Below are positions 23,007 through 36,600 of a DNA stretch of 64,000 nucleotides, one piece after another (position 1 is the stretch's first letter; the number at the start of each line of letters is the position of its first letter). The position numbers were made by a program, and so were the translations under genes. The notes beneath the pieces were generated by a model that did no database searches, had not been told where the DNA came from, and was given only the letters and a program-made list of their open reading frames with translations. The stretch covers positions 7,440,001 to 7,504,000 of the forward strand of contig CM022669.1 of assembly GCA_012295275.1 (NCBI GenBank). The letters are read 5' to 3'. The stretch is from Chrysomallon squamiferum (taxonomy: Eukaryota > Animalia > Mollusca).

Positions 23007-25126
23007 GACGCTGTAGTTAATTTATTCAAACAGACGGCTTTTGAATTATCTATTGATGTTGTTACTACAACATTATTTATTTTAATATTTATTTATTTAT
23101 TTATCATCATCATCATCATTGTTATTACTGTTGTTGTTGTTGTTGATGTTGGTGTTATTGCTTTATTTTAATATGATTACTGTTGTTGATATTAGGTCAA
23201 AATGATATAAATGAATGAAAACTTAAGCATTTGGAACAGTTAAAGGAACAAAACACACTGAAAAAAAGACTTTGTATATGAATTATCGTGCAAATCTAGT
23301 GTACAGAAAGTGATCATAAAAGCTCGATTTAACTTCAGAATACATATTTCGTTTTATAAATGGAGAAAAAATTAAAAAGGCAAGACCAGTAAGTTTAACT
23401 CGGTACAATAAAAATCAATGTTATCTCTCGAAGACCGAAGACTTATTAAATCTAAAAATTTAATAAGATTGTTTCGAAGTATCTTGATGATACGGTTACC
23501 TCTGTTTTTTCTTTTTTTTTTCTCCCGTAAACGTTTTCGTCTTTCTAACAGTTCTTCATAAACTGAAATAGGCACTTGCTCTTTCTCTTTCCCTTTTTAT
23601 CTTTGCAAACGGAGACGGTGCATTTCAAAAATTAAAGGAAAATCCATAAAAGAATATTTCATATTTCAGTTGTCTCCCTTTAGATGAATTGGCGAGGTTT
23701 GATATAATATATATATTTTTTTATAATTCATGGATTATGGGTTAAAGTATTTGGAATACCATCAATCGGAAATGCAAGGTATTGAAAACTTCAGTACAAG
23801 ACTTTGATGTATATACAGAGTAATCATAGGTTTCCTTTATTAGGAGATTTAAAACATAATCAACTAGTTTTGACAGCTGTGTTAGTATTTTCTGTTACTG
23901 TGTTTATACATCGTAAATTACGTAATCAATATTGCCAGTCGGCCCTAAGCCCGATGGTTGATCATAAAATTATAATAATTATATCATCATTACCATTGTT
24001 ATAATAATAATGATAAAGGGATGATTTAATGTACTTTTTAATCAGTGTTAAGCCATCTTAAATAACTTCCAAAAAAATATATATGCTGTTCTGACAATTC
24101 TTGTTCCTTAAAAGTTAATGTTTTTATGTAAATTACGAAATTCGAAAATTAATCTGTGTTTGCCTTAAGCAGTGATTAAATAAATAAACATTATCTGACG
24201 AAATGTTATTTGCTAAGATAAGATTAGTATGTAATCAGAACTGGTTCACCAACAAAATTAATGACTTCCTTTACCTATTAAGTGGGTATTTTGTTTACTT
24301 GGTATACCTCAAAATTATTTCTTCTAGAAGGATATTATTATTAGTTAATATATGTTCATAAATAAAGACAGATAAATATATCAGAGCAGGAATTTCCAGG
24401 TATTAAGTAAGAAGCAATTGTGACCTATCAACACCTACAAAGTATGTTACGTGTCCCTGCAGTTTGTATTATCATTGTTATATTTTAATGTTATATATTA
24501 TTTTATCCATAGGTAGATGATATATACTCACATAAACATGCACACAAACATACACACACATTCACACACACACACACACATGCAAACACTTGCTCAAAGA
24601 TGTACGTATATGTTGACCTTTCTGTTTTGACCCTGCATCATATGTTTGTAGACAATAAATGAAATAAAATCATAAATTAAGTAAATTTTAAAATAACTGC
24701 TATATTTATTTATTTATTTATTTATTTATTGTTATTATGATTATTATTATTATATATATATTTTAATTTATTCACAGAGTTGATAATTTAAATATATATT
24801 TTTTAAATTTCTTTCATATCCACAGGTCACATTTCCTAATGATTGCTTTGGGTGAAATATTATTTTGAAATAAGTAATTTCTAAATATATTTTTTATTGT
24901 GTGTGTTGTGTTTTATTATTATTATTATTTTTTTAATTTTTATTTTTTTATTTTTTTTAATAATTTTCATATTAGTATTTTGGGGTTTTTGTTTTTTCAT
25001 GTTGTTATTGTCATAACATTATTTTTATCATTGTGATTATTATTGTTTTGCTGTTAAATATCAGTCATGTTTAATATTTATTTTATTATTGTTGTTGTTG
25101 CTGTTATTATTATTATTACTGCTGTA

Positions 25127-25174
<48 letters not shown>

Positions 25175-25211
25175 ATTATTATTATTAGGTGGTGACGGTC
25201 TGTACAACAGG

Positions 25212-26835
25212 ATGATGAGTGGACATCAGCTGTTTGAAGATATAATAGATCCAGATCTTGATCACAGAACTAGACGAGGTAATTTAAATTTTCTATAAAA
25301 AACATAAATAATTCACTGAATAAAATTTCCATCAGATTCCATGCACAAAAATATTCCTTGTTTTTACAAAACAACTTTTCAAAACTCAGACAAAACTTTT
25401 ATTTTTAGTAGTAATACTAGTAATGGTTGAAGATCCCTTATCTGAAATTCTGAAATCCAAAAAAGCAACAAATTCTGAATCTTTTTCCTGAGTAGACAAG
25501 ATAGTGAAATCTTTCAGTTTTCAGATGATTTAGTATGCTCAAATTTGTTATTTTTTTTTGCACAATAATTATAAAAAATATTATATGAAAATACTGCTGA
25601 TTATTTGTTGAGCTGTACATGAAATATAAATGAAATTTGTGTTTAGACTTAGTTCCTATTCTCAGACTATTTCCATATATTCCAGAATCCTAAAAATTCA
25701 AAACACTTTCAGTTACAAGCCTGATATCAGCCTAATATAGTAGTAGTAATAGTAGTAGTAATAGCAGATGTTGGTGGTGATGGCCAGCCTAATAGTAGTA
25801 GTAGTAGTAAAAGCAGATGTTGGTGGTGATGGTAGAGTAGAATTTGTACCGTCTGTAACTTACCATTGGTATTTATTTAGTTAGTTAGTTAGTTAATTTC
25901 TTACTCATTTACTTATTTACTTACATACTTGCTTAAAATGTATATATTTTTAAAATTAATACTTCCAAATAAATTGTGAAGGATAACTTTTCTGAAATTC
26001 TATAAATGTTCAGAAATGTATTTTTTTTTATTAAACAACAGTAGCTGACAAGTTTTCAGAAAATATCAATGCAATCGCCAATGAACCATCACTGGCTTTC
26101 TTCCGAATCCACGAACATGTGAGAAAAACTCTGCCTCAGCTGGTCGAACAGAAAGTAAGAATATCATCATCATCATCATCATCATCATCATTCGATTCAT
26201 TGTTATTATTATAATTGTCTTTGTTATTATTGTTGTGATCATCAATATAATCACAGTGTCCATCATCATTATCATCATTGTTAATATAATTGTTATCATC
26301 ATGATTATTATCATTGTCATCATCATCATCATCATTATCATCATCATCGTGATGTCATTATTAATATTATACTGTTTAGTATTAGAAGTATTTCAATTAA
26401 AAAAAACTTGTTTTTGTTTATTCTTTATGGCTTAGTTCAGTAGCTGAGCTTGCTTAAAAAGCTGTAGATTGCAGGACTATTCCTATTAGAGTTCATCCCA
26501 TTTAAACTAATATTCTATATCTATTTTCTTTTTCTTTTTTAAAGATAATAAATATTTTCTTGTTTTTCTTGTTGTTTATTAGAAGAGATTATGGTATGAT
26601 GGAAAGTTTCCTCTACAGAAATTATTGAAATTATTTAAACAGACTGTGATAATGATGACTAAAAACTGTGTTGAGGTGTACTTAGTCCTAACTACATTTA
26701 TTTTCAGCATGAGGTTCAGGAGGTACAACAGAAGGTACAAGGTGCCTGTTTTGATACAGAATACGCCACCAAGTAAGTGAGAGTCACCATAATTCTGTTT
26801 GCTACATTTTAATAACTTTTTGTATTTATTGTGTG

Positions 26836-26933
<98 letters not shown>

Positions 26934-29900
26934 GCTTAGTTTGAATCTTCTGAGTAGTGATTATATGTTTTTAAGTTTTTCTTAAACAAACAGACTGATA
27001 ATATGTTATAAAACAAATGCAGTTTGTCAGTAAAAATAAAAATGCAAAAAATCTATAGAAATTTTTATCATGTTCCCTAAAGTATTACTGTGATTTTCTA
27101 ATATAATCACAGAATTTTATAAAAATATTTGACTTGATATAAAAATATTAAATTTGTTTTCTTTTTCTTTTTCTTTTTGTCCTGCTTTGAAGATTTTGTT
27201 AACATAACTTGTAATGTTTGAAGAAATCTTTGTAAAGAAATATTCTGTATAAAACCAAAATATTAATATTTGTTATAAACCAACAGTGCTGTGAAGATGA
27301 TGAGCCAGAGTACAGTTCACTTCCAGAACATTCAGGACTTGCTGAAGAACGCCATGTTTATGAAACAGCAGATAGGCTACGAGGAAATACGCAGGTAACT
27401 AACACAAGCAGACAATCTTCAGGAGAATACAGTTATAATAACACACATGTGAGAAATATGTGTGGTCAACAGATATATGTATATAGATTTCAAAATGAGA
27501 TTATAAAATTTCTACAGATTCTTTATTAAACAATCATTACTAATAATAAAGGATCATAATTCAAGTCATTATAAAGTCCTGGTGCAGTTTTAAATTTTTT
27601 ATAGCTTATGATCTCTTTATGTTAAACTTGATTGGTGAAAAAAGGATAAGAGAAAAGAAATTGTGGATTTTAAATGCATTTATTGTTGATATTCTTAATT
27701 TTTCTATAACTATAATTATGGTATAATTGACAATCTGCTAGAAAAACATTTTGAATTTTTGTATCATGTTTTGTATTCATAATGACAGCGGCCATCTAAT
27801 AAATTAAGAATTTCAACAATAAATACATTTAAAAATCCAATTATGTTTTTTCTCTTATACTATTTACAGGTTAATTGTACTGTGTGTTGGTCAAAAGTTA
27901 TACAAATTTTGAATTGCACAAGGTCTATATAATGGCCCTGTATAATAATTCCAAGATTTAATTGCAATTTTGTATTTTTATAGTATAATAATGTCTTATC
28001 ACACTTAGAAATTATAACAAAAACTTATAAATTGATAGTGAAAGCTGAATTGCCACTGATTTATCCAGTAATATTTGTTTATTGTTGTTATTAGTGATTT
28101 ATTTATTGGCAGAGACTGTCCCAAAAATATGAGAATTAAAAAAATATATATATAGGTTGTTTGCTAGCTTATAGTGTAATATCATTGGAAGTCTGCTAAA
28201 TAAATTTACAGTGCAGGGGTGGGTGGGTTTGGGTAGAGTTGGTTCTTTTTATTTTAATTTTTGTTTTAACTTCTTTTAATTTGTGTGCATGCTTTAATAA
28301 GATGGTGCAACACCCAATAGCAGGTATGTTTTTTCATGCTGGGTTGTTATTAAACATTTATTTATTCATTCAGAATGGTGAACCAGATGGGGTTTTATTT
28401 TTTAGGTTTTTTATTATTACTGCTATATTTTTTTCTTTTTTTTTTTTTTTTCTTTTTTCTGCTATTCATAGACTTGTTTAAAACAGTCAAAGAGTTCATT
28501 CAAAGTGTATTTAGACTGTATCTACCATACATACACTGTTATATGCTTCAGTAAATTCAAGGTGCATTTAGGCTTATTTTTATTTTTTGTATTTTGTATT
28601 TCGTATTTATTTATTTTATTTTTATTTTTAAATTTTTTTTTTGTAATTTTTTTTTTTATATAATAAATACATTTTAAGTACATGACTTCTGTAAGTTCTG
28701 TAAACATGCTAGAACAACGAAATTTAAAAAAAAGACAGAGAAAATGAAAAAGTTTGTGACTAACAGGAGACACGAGATGGTGAAACCAAGCATGTACCCC
28801 AGTTCACCCTCTAGAGAATCACTTTATAAGACAGTATCCAGTCAGATGATATCAACAGCAAGTCAGACAGCATCGGCCACCACTTCAACATTGAACACAA
28901 CCACATCTAAAACTACTACTACTACTACTACATCAGCTGAAGCTGCAGCTGTAACAGCAAATGGAACGGGTGAAACTGTGGCTAAAACAGAAACTGCAGT
29001 AAAACCTGGCAAAGTTCACCATGGCAAGAAGTATGTAAACTTCTGCGAAGAAGAAACCAGCTCTTTTGTTTTAGTTGTAACATAAATATGTCAATAGACT
29101 GTGAATTTGTCATCATTTTGACGCGTTTTGAATATTAAAATCTTTTTGTTATTTTGTTAAGCTTTAATTATTTGTTTAAAATATTTATTGTGTGACTGGT
29201 ACTAGTTTTCATAAGAAACATTTGTAATGTGCAGTAAAAAATAACTGTGTTTATAATTTTTAAAAATATGTTTTCAAAATGTTTTTTTATTATGATTATT
29301 GTTATTATTCCAATATATTTCTTTTTATTATTATTATTATTATTTTTTTTTTTTTTTTCATCTTAATAGATAAATGTTTTTAAAGTAATGTATTTTTTTT
29401 ATTCTGTTTTATTCTTTATTCTTCTGTTTATTTTGAGACAGTAAAATTTAATTTTTATTTTTTTGTTGTATAAATTGTTTTAAGAAAAATATTAACTGAC
29501 AGTGACATGGCTTTTCATTGGTAGCAATTCTTCAACACATCCCACAGCAAGCAGAAGTGAAAAGAATTAAATTTAAAACAAATTTGTAAGATTATATATT
29601 TGTGTTTTATTAACCATTTTCTTATTGTGAAAAGAACATTTTTTATTATTTTTTGTTTTTTTGTTTGTTTGTTTGTTTCTGTTGTTTAAAATTTATCACT
29701 CTTTGTTGTTTTTTTAATCATCAGCCTAATTGTTGTAATTTTCACATAGTGACTGTTCATTGCAAAAGGATGCTAAATCCGTATTTTAAAATTTTGAAAT
29801 GACTGGTATTCTAACATTATGCTGTATTAATTATTTTGGCATACATATTACTTTTTTGTATATATTTTTAATAATTACATAAATCTAATTTTTTTTTGAC

Positions 29901-30868
29901 AACAATCCATAGCCTTATTTTATAACAGAAATACGTGAGTTTTAACAATAAAACATCATTTTGCAGTGATCAGTTAACATACAGTAATGTAAAACTGTTT
30001 TTATTTATGAATTTTGTATTTGTGAATATTTTGTACATTTTTGTATTATTTCAGAACATATTATTAGTTATAATTAATATCTTAATTCATTTAACTTATG
30101 ATTAATTTTAATTATTTAATTTTTTTTTTATTATTATTTTTTAATAATTATTTTTATTAATAGTATTTTTTGTTGTTGCTATCTTTATTATTATTTTTAT
30201 TATGACTTATTATATGTACTGTGAATCTGTTGACTATTTTTAATGTTTGTTATATTATGATAGTCTGTTTACAGGTACTTGTTTTAGTTATATTGTATTA
30301 TTTTCACTGAATGTCTGTTTGTTATAAAATATGCAGCACTGTTTTTTTTATTTAAGACATGGAATATTATGTGCAATTTTTATGTTCATATTTTGCTTGT
30401 TTTGCATGACAGTTTTTTTTTATTATTATTATTTATCTTGATAGTTAATTTTCTTTTAGCATTGTTAGTTATCATTTTATTTATTTTACATTTATTAATT
30501 TTTATTTTTATTTTATACATATAATTTGGTTGGTGGTGGTGGTGATGGTGATGGTGATAAAATTGTCAAATTACTTTTGAATGTTTTTTTATTAGTTCTG
30601 TCATTTAGAACATTTTATTCATCAGATTATTAAAAATAATTTTGCTATTATTATAATATCTTTAATTCCTTAACAACAACTTACAATCACAAAAGAGTTT
30701 TTTTATAAATTACATTTTTATAATATAATCATCGGATGTTAATTATTTTTCAGTTATGGTACACTTACATGCAGTTCTATAATTATATTCCTGATTTCAT
30801 ATTTAAAGTAGAAGCCATACACTTCAGTTATGAGTGGATGTATATCAGTATGAGAATATGTTTTTGTG

Positions 30869-30906
<38 letters not shown>

Positions 30907-30920
30907 GTAGTAGTAGTAGT

Positions 30921-30969
<49 letters not shown>

Positions 30970-31269
30970 ATATAAACTTTATATGATAATATTTATATTT
31001 TGTTTTTCATGTTTTACTATTACAGAAAAAACCCTGAATTATCGTCATCAGCTCCTTCCATTCAGACGACATTTTTTGTTCCCTCCTCTGGCTCACAGTT
31101 TGAGACACAAGATAAAACACAAGCATTAGTTTGTCCAGATACAGAAAATAACTCACAAAGAGAAGATAATCCACAAAGAGTAGATAACTCACAAAGCAAA
31201 GACAATCCACAAACAGATGAAGTGACTGAGGTAACTGAAAATAGTTGCAACAAGGAAAGTGATATGTGA
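25212..31269 (+). CDS. BORCS8: BLOC-1-related complex subunit 8 (BORCS8/MEF2BNB); coding exons 25212-25278, 26042-26154, 26708-26772, 27287-27394, then 28767-29030 (or read-through to the stop at 29085) and 31026-31269
   Basis: The spliced product VADKFSENINAIANEPSLAFFRIHEHVRKTLPQLVEQKHEVQEVQQKVQGACFDTEYATNAVKMMSQSTVHFQNIQDLLKNAM parallels recalled human BORCS8 ([32 protein letters not shown]...QGAIYTVEYACSAVK). All junctions are GT-AG with matching phases. The two 3' exons are low-complexity and less certain. Confidence 0.88.
26841..26930. repeat. (GA)n microsatellite
   Basis: Directly visible. Confidence 0.95.
27560..27942. mobile_element. Degenerate palindromic MITE-like element in a BORCS8 intron
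   Basis: Long imperfect inverted arms: TGGATTTTAAATGCATTTATTGTTGATATTCTTAATTT (about 27664-27701) versus AAATTAAGAATTTCAACAATAAATACATTTAAAAATCCA (about 27801-27839), plus matching outer segments. The right end ATGGCCCTG|TA looks Tc1/mariner-like. Confidence 0.65.
31144..31215 (+). repeat. 18-bp coding tandem repeat, four copies, in the last BORCS8 exon
   Basis: GAAAATAACTCACAAAGA / GAAGATAATCCACAAAGA / GTAGATAACTCACAAAGC / AAAGACAATCCACAAACA, encoding ENNSQR EDNPQR VDNSQS KDNPQT. Confidence 0.85.
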
Positions 31270-32034
31270 ACAATTTACACTGTTTATAGAATTAATTAGT
31301 TATTTATTTTTTAGTAAGTTTGTTTTAACATTGAAACCTTTAAATAAAAATACACTTTTATTTTAATTTTTTGTCCATTTATCATTAATGAAATTTAGTG
31401 TACGTTGTTGTTGGTTTTTATTTATTTTTCTGATTTGTTCATAGATTTAACATTCCGTAACAGATTTGCTTTGAGATTATTCAGCTATCCTTTAGGAACA
31501 ATTTTTTTTTTTCTCTGAATTCTTAATAAGTTTTTTGTGGAAATACTTTGTTGTAGTCAACTTATTAATTCATATAACAAAAGATTCATATGAAGGATCT
31601 TTAATCTGTTGTTAGCACAGGGTTTAACTGGAAGTCAACATATTTTTGTCATGACTTACTTCATATATCTGAAAAAATTATATTTAGATTTTGCTGTACA
31701 GGGTCCTTATTTACAAAATGATTTTTGGGCCAAATTTTTTCACTTAAAATTTATCACAGAAGACATGGATATAAATACAGCAGTATATGGATTACATATT
31801 TATTAAGATTAATTTTCTATGATTATTACAACATGCTTATAGTTATTGAAACATTTGTTCCTTAGGTAAGAGTCAATAATTTCGAATGTTTTATTTTGTT
31901 GTTGTTGTTGTTTGAAAGCTATTTTATATTAACTTGCTGCATATAAATCTAAAGCTGCAACAGACAAAGGTGCTGCTTTTGTGAACGTATACTTGTCTTG
32001 AATATTTGTTTTGTCTTTACATTTATTATTTATG

Positions 32035-32065
<31 letters not shown>

Positions 32066-33674
32066 GTTATTATTTAAGTACAGCTCATTGTTATAAATGT
32101 TGTGTAATAAACCTGATATGATTGTGATATGAATTTTGTTATTCTTTTTTCTTTTAACTGTTTAATTTTCTGGTATGTTTTATATGCTAAATTTTTCCTT
32201 TTAGGTAAGTCAGAAATTAAATGCTAGGAATCATTCCCTTTACTGTCAATTAAACCAAAAAAAATTATTTTATTTAATTTTATTTTATTTTATTGTTTTT
32301 CTTTAATTTTTTTGTGATTTTCAATACAAGATAGGAAAAACTATTTTTTTCCAGTAATACATTTAATGAGAATAAAATAAATATGTGGAAAAACTGACGT
32401 CTGGATGAAAGAAAACAAACCATTTTAAATCATATGTACAGTATAGTGTCCTTTTTATCATTATAAAATGAAATTACATCAGTTTTTTCATTCTTGTTTT
32501 CCATGTCAAACATAGTTTTACATAATAGGAAAGAGTTAGATTCAAATGTGGAATAGTAGAAAATTAATCTGAAGCTCTCGCATCTGTGTTTATTTTCATG
32601 CATAATCCATTGATCCTAAATATAATACTTGGTAGCAGGTTCTCTAATACAAGCTGAGTAACTTCTCCTTTGGTTAAAATTATTCTGAGTCTTGACATAC
32701 GACTAAATAAAATGTTACATAATCCAGTATTGTCTCAAGGACATTATACATACTAAATCTATGTTTACTCGTATGTACTCTCTGTCAATACAAACCATCA
32801 AAAAATAAATCTAACATCACTGCAATGTATTAAATATTTTCTCTCTGTAAACATCTGTCAAGAAACTATTTTATTTTGTTATACTGTTTACTGAGCACAC
32901 ATGCTGGATTAAATAACAACAAACAATGACAAACCGTCTTCTGTATCAAATCTAGACAACTGATTCCAAAGTTAAAATTAATCAGAAAGTTTCATTATAT
33001 CAGCGATCACAGAGATGTTTCTCCACAAGAGCAAGCATTTATCTTAGCAAGAGCTGGGAATAATCTTTGAAAAATTTACAAAACAGTTTGATATTTAAAA
33101 ATATTTAATCATAATTCTGATCCACATTTTTACCAGTATCAAGGCAAATGTTTATGGCAGGTAGAGTGACAAAGTTTTTAGCCTGACTAACAAGAATCAC
33201 CTAATTCAGTTAAAACAAAATAATCCTGTTGGTGTTAAAGAGTCACTGTTAACAGTCTTAATAGATTTTCTATGATGACTGTGATCATTTTATTAATAAT
33301 AATAGTAACAAAAATAAATGTCAAACAGAAATGTACAAAAATAATTTTTCTATTTGTTACCTACTTTTGCTGTTAAAACCTTAACATTTTAAAATATTTT
33401 AGTATCTATCAATATCTTTTCCAATTTTTCGATAAAACAGTGTGAGTGCTCATTATAGGAAGAAAAACGAGAAACCTGAATTATCATCAAAAAGTCTACA
33501 TCCATAAATCAGTGTTATGGAAATAAGATTTGTTGTTTTTTTTGGTTATATATTCTCATCACCAAAGTCTCATTTTGTCTTAACATCACTTGTCCTTTAG
33601 TTTTCATCAAAAAACACTTTCATTTTATCATTTTATCTTAACAATAATAATCTGTCAAGTGAAAAATAAAGTCT

Positions 33675-36600
33675 TCACACATGATGTCTAAATTTCCTTC
33701 TCTTAATTCTCTTGGCTCTCAAAGTTTCTTCATCTTCTTCTACTTTTGGTGGTTTATCTTCAGGAGCTCTTTCCTTGGCCAATTCAATCTCATCTCGCTT
33801 TTCAAAGAAACTCAGGAGCTCCTCTTTCTCCTGTAACTCCTTCAGTTTCTCCTCAATCTCTGCCTCCTTCTGTTCCCTGATGTACTTCTTGACCTGTTCT
33901 TCTAGGAGCTGCACTCGTTTAGCAGACCACTCCTCAAACATGGTCGTCTGCTCTTTGACATCTGCTGCTTCATACTTTGGCAGTTCTTCTTTGACAAGTT
34001 TCTCCACTCGTTCCATCAAGTCATCACCTGGTTCTATCACCTGATCATTCCACCTCAGTTTGTACCACATCTCCTAGAAAAAAATGTGTAAAATATATAG
34101 AAATGTAATAATGATTAACTCTTCACTTTTTTTCTAGTTTACTCTTTTTATGCTGCAGGATAACTCTTTTTGATGTTTCCTTTCCTTTAGCAATGAGTAT
34201 TACAAACAAGTAAAACGACTAGTATTAGCTTGTGAAAAATTTCTACCATGATATAAAATAAACACATATCCATCTGAGTTTGAGTGTGATGGAAATGCAA
34301 ATGTTTTGAACTTCTAATTTACTTAATCTGTTGCATGCAGCCTGCAAACCTGGCTGGTCAGTCAAACGTGAATTTAAATGATTACCTGCCTTTTGGAATG
34401 TGGCTATAAAATAAGAGTAATCCAGGTTTTGGCTGCTGAAATTTACTGTTTGCTTCGCATTATTATTACCCTTACAACCTCAATATTTTTTGTGTTGTCA
34501 AACATTCATTCACTTGTCAAATAATTTTTCAGTACACATGACCATTGATTCACATTATTCCAGACAAATGAAGGGATGGACCAGATGAGTACTGGAAAAG
34601 AACCATCTGGCAGATAATAACACAAGACAGGAATATGTGGACACTATAACTATAATGATAATGATGGTGAATATAATGATGATGATGAAGTGAGAGTTGT
34701 AACACTAACCTCACACTCGGTTGTCAGTTCTTCGCGAGCATCTGGTGTCAGTCTCAGATTGTAGATTTCATCGTCCACTGTCAGCAAACCTTGTTCTTTC
34801 TCTGGAGCATCTGGATCCTTCACTTCAGCGTTCTCCAAACATCGATCAAACCTGATTAGCTGCATAAAACACAAATCAACAAATTTAAAAAATAACATAA
34901 ATAATGTACAACTATAATTATCAGTCTTTTTCAATTTCTCACAACAACCTGTAAGTTTTAATCTGATAAAGATAACATTTTCAGGAATATGTCAAAAATG
35001 TAAGAGAAAAAATATGACTGTTTTCACATTGTTTTGGTGGTGGATTTATTTTCTTTCTTTTTTTGTCTTCATCATTTTTGTTTCTTTATATGTATGATCT
35101 GTTTCATTTGGGAGATCTTATTAACAAAAAGATTAGTTGTAAAACAGCATTTACTCGGTATTACTTTATGTTGAAGTTAGTTGAAATTTGTTCTTCTAAC
35201 CATTATGAGAAATAATATATGAGTAATAAATTACTGTGACTTCTGTATATACTAAAATAAAGATAATCGGGCTTACCGCTTCATTTAAAATCGAATTCTT
35301 CTTCTTTGTCTTGGCTAACTCCTCCATAAGAAACAAGCCTTTACCAAACTTGTGCCACAGACCCTTGCCTATGAGCCTGAGAGAGTTTCTGAGTACTTCG
35401 TCATCTTTAATATATCTACCTAACATGTTGAGTGTTTTACCCAGCAAGAATCGCTCGTCCTTAATATCAAAGTGGTCATCATAGTGAGGCTGACGTATAT
35501 ATTTCACTGGAATCCACTCTTCTTCCTGCAAACAAAAATATAAACATTTATTGTTGTTTGTATTTGTTTTAAAGTAGTAATTAAATTTTAAAAATGATCA
35601 TTCAAATCAGTCAATTAAATTTCTTCCTCAGATTATTTTCCTACTTATTTTAAGCAAAACTGGGTTGTCAGACACAAAGAAAAATGATCATATGACAGAA
35701 AACAACGATGTTAAACAACAGTTTATAATTTTTGTGACAACCATTTTTAAGGTGTTTCTTGTGTAATCACTTTTTTTTTTAATCCCTTTGACCTTCTTTT
35801 AGACTACATACTTCTAAACATGTATGAAATGCATTTACTATTTTTTGTTTTTACTTAAGAAATAAAGAATGTTTAAAATTCAGTGATTGTCCAATTTTCA
35901 TCTTCAGGTGTTTTATGGAGAAAATCTCTATGTGGATGAAACTACAATTAATATATTCTAATCATTATATAGGAATTATCTCCCCTATACTGTGAGTTAA
36001 ATAAGCAAAGTGTTTACCCCTTTGTCTTCTGGGATTGGTTCAGCTGTCCGTTCATCCACCTTGTTAACATGTAAGTGTTTGACAGTCGCATACAGAGACA
36101 GAAGAAAAGAAACTGGATGATTGAAATCTTCCTGAAGCATCATCTCATATGCCAGACTAGCTGCTTCTGTAACAAAATAAAAATATTTAACACATTAATC
36201 TTTCCTAGAAAATAACTGTTCTGTGTAGGCATGAAAATAATAGCATGCAAAATAAATGTGTTAACAGAAACTAAAACATCATAAAAATAACAACTTTATT
36301 AGCACTCATTGTTCTTGTAGTTCTGAATCAAATCAAGCTCAGCTTGAAGAAATAAAATGTTCTATACTACCATCACTCAGTGAGTATTTTGTATAATATA
36401 ATCACATCTAAAATCAGTTGTCACAACATCTCTTCATCAAACTTTGTTAGTGATGCAAATAAGACTTTCTAATGAAGAATTAAAATCAAATCTTTTTTCA
36501 CTGTGTAGAGACATACATTTTTTTTTTAATGAAATCCATCACTTATTTCAAAGTGTATGTTTACACCAACGTACAAGTATTCACATTAATTCACATCTAA

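Noticed and set aside
33712-35484. Plus-strand ORFs 33712-34044 and 35236-35484
   Set aside because: They are antisense shadows of MRPS27 exons.
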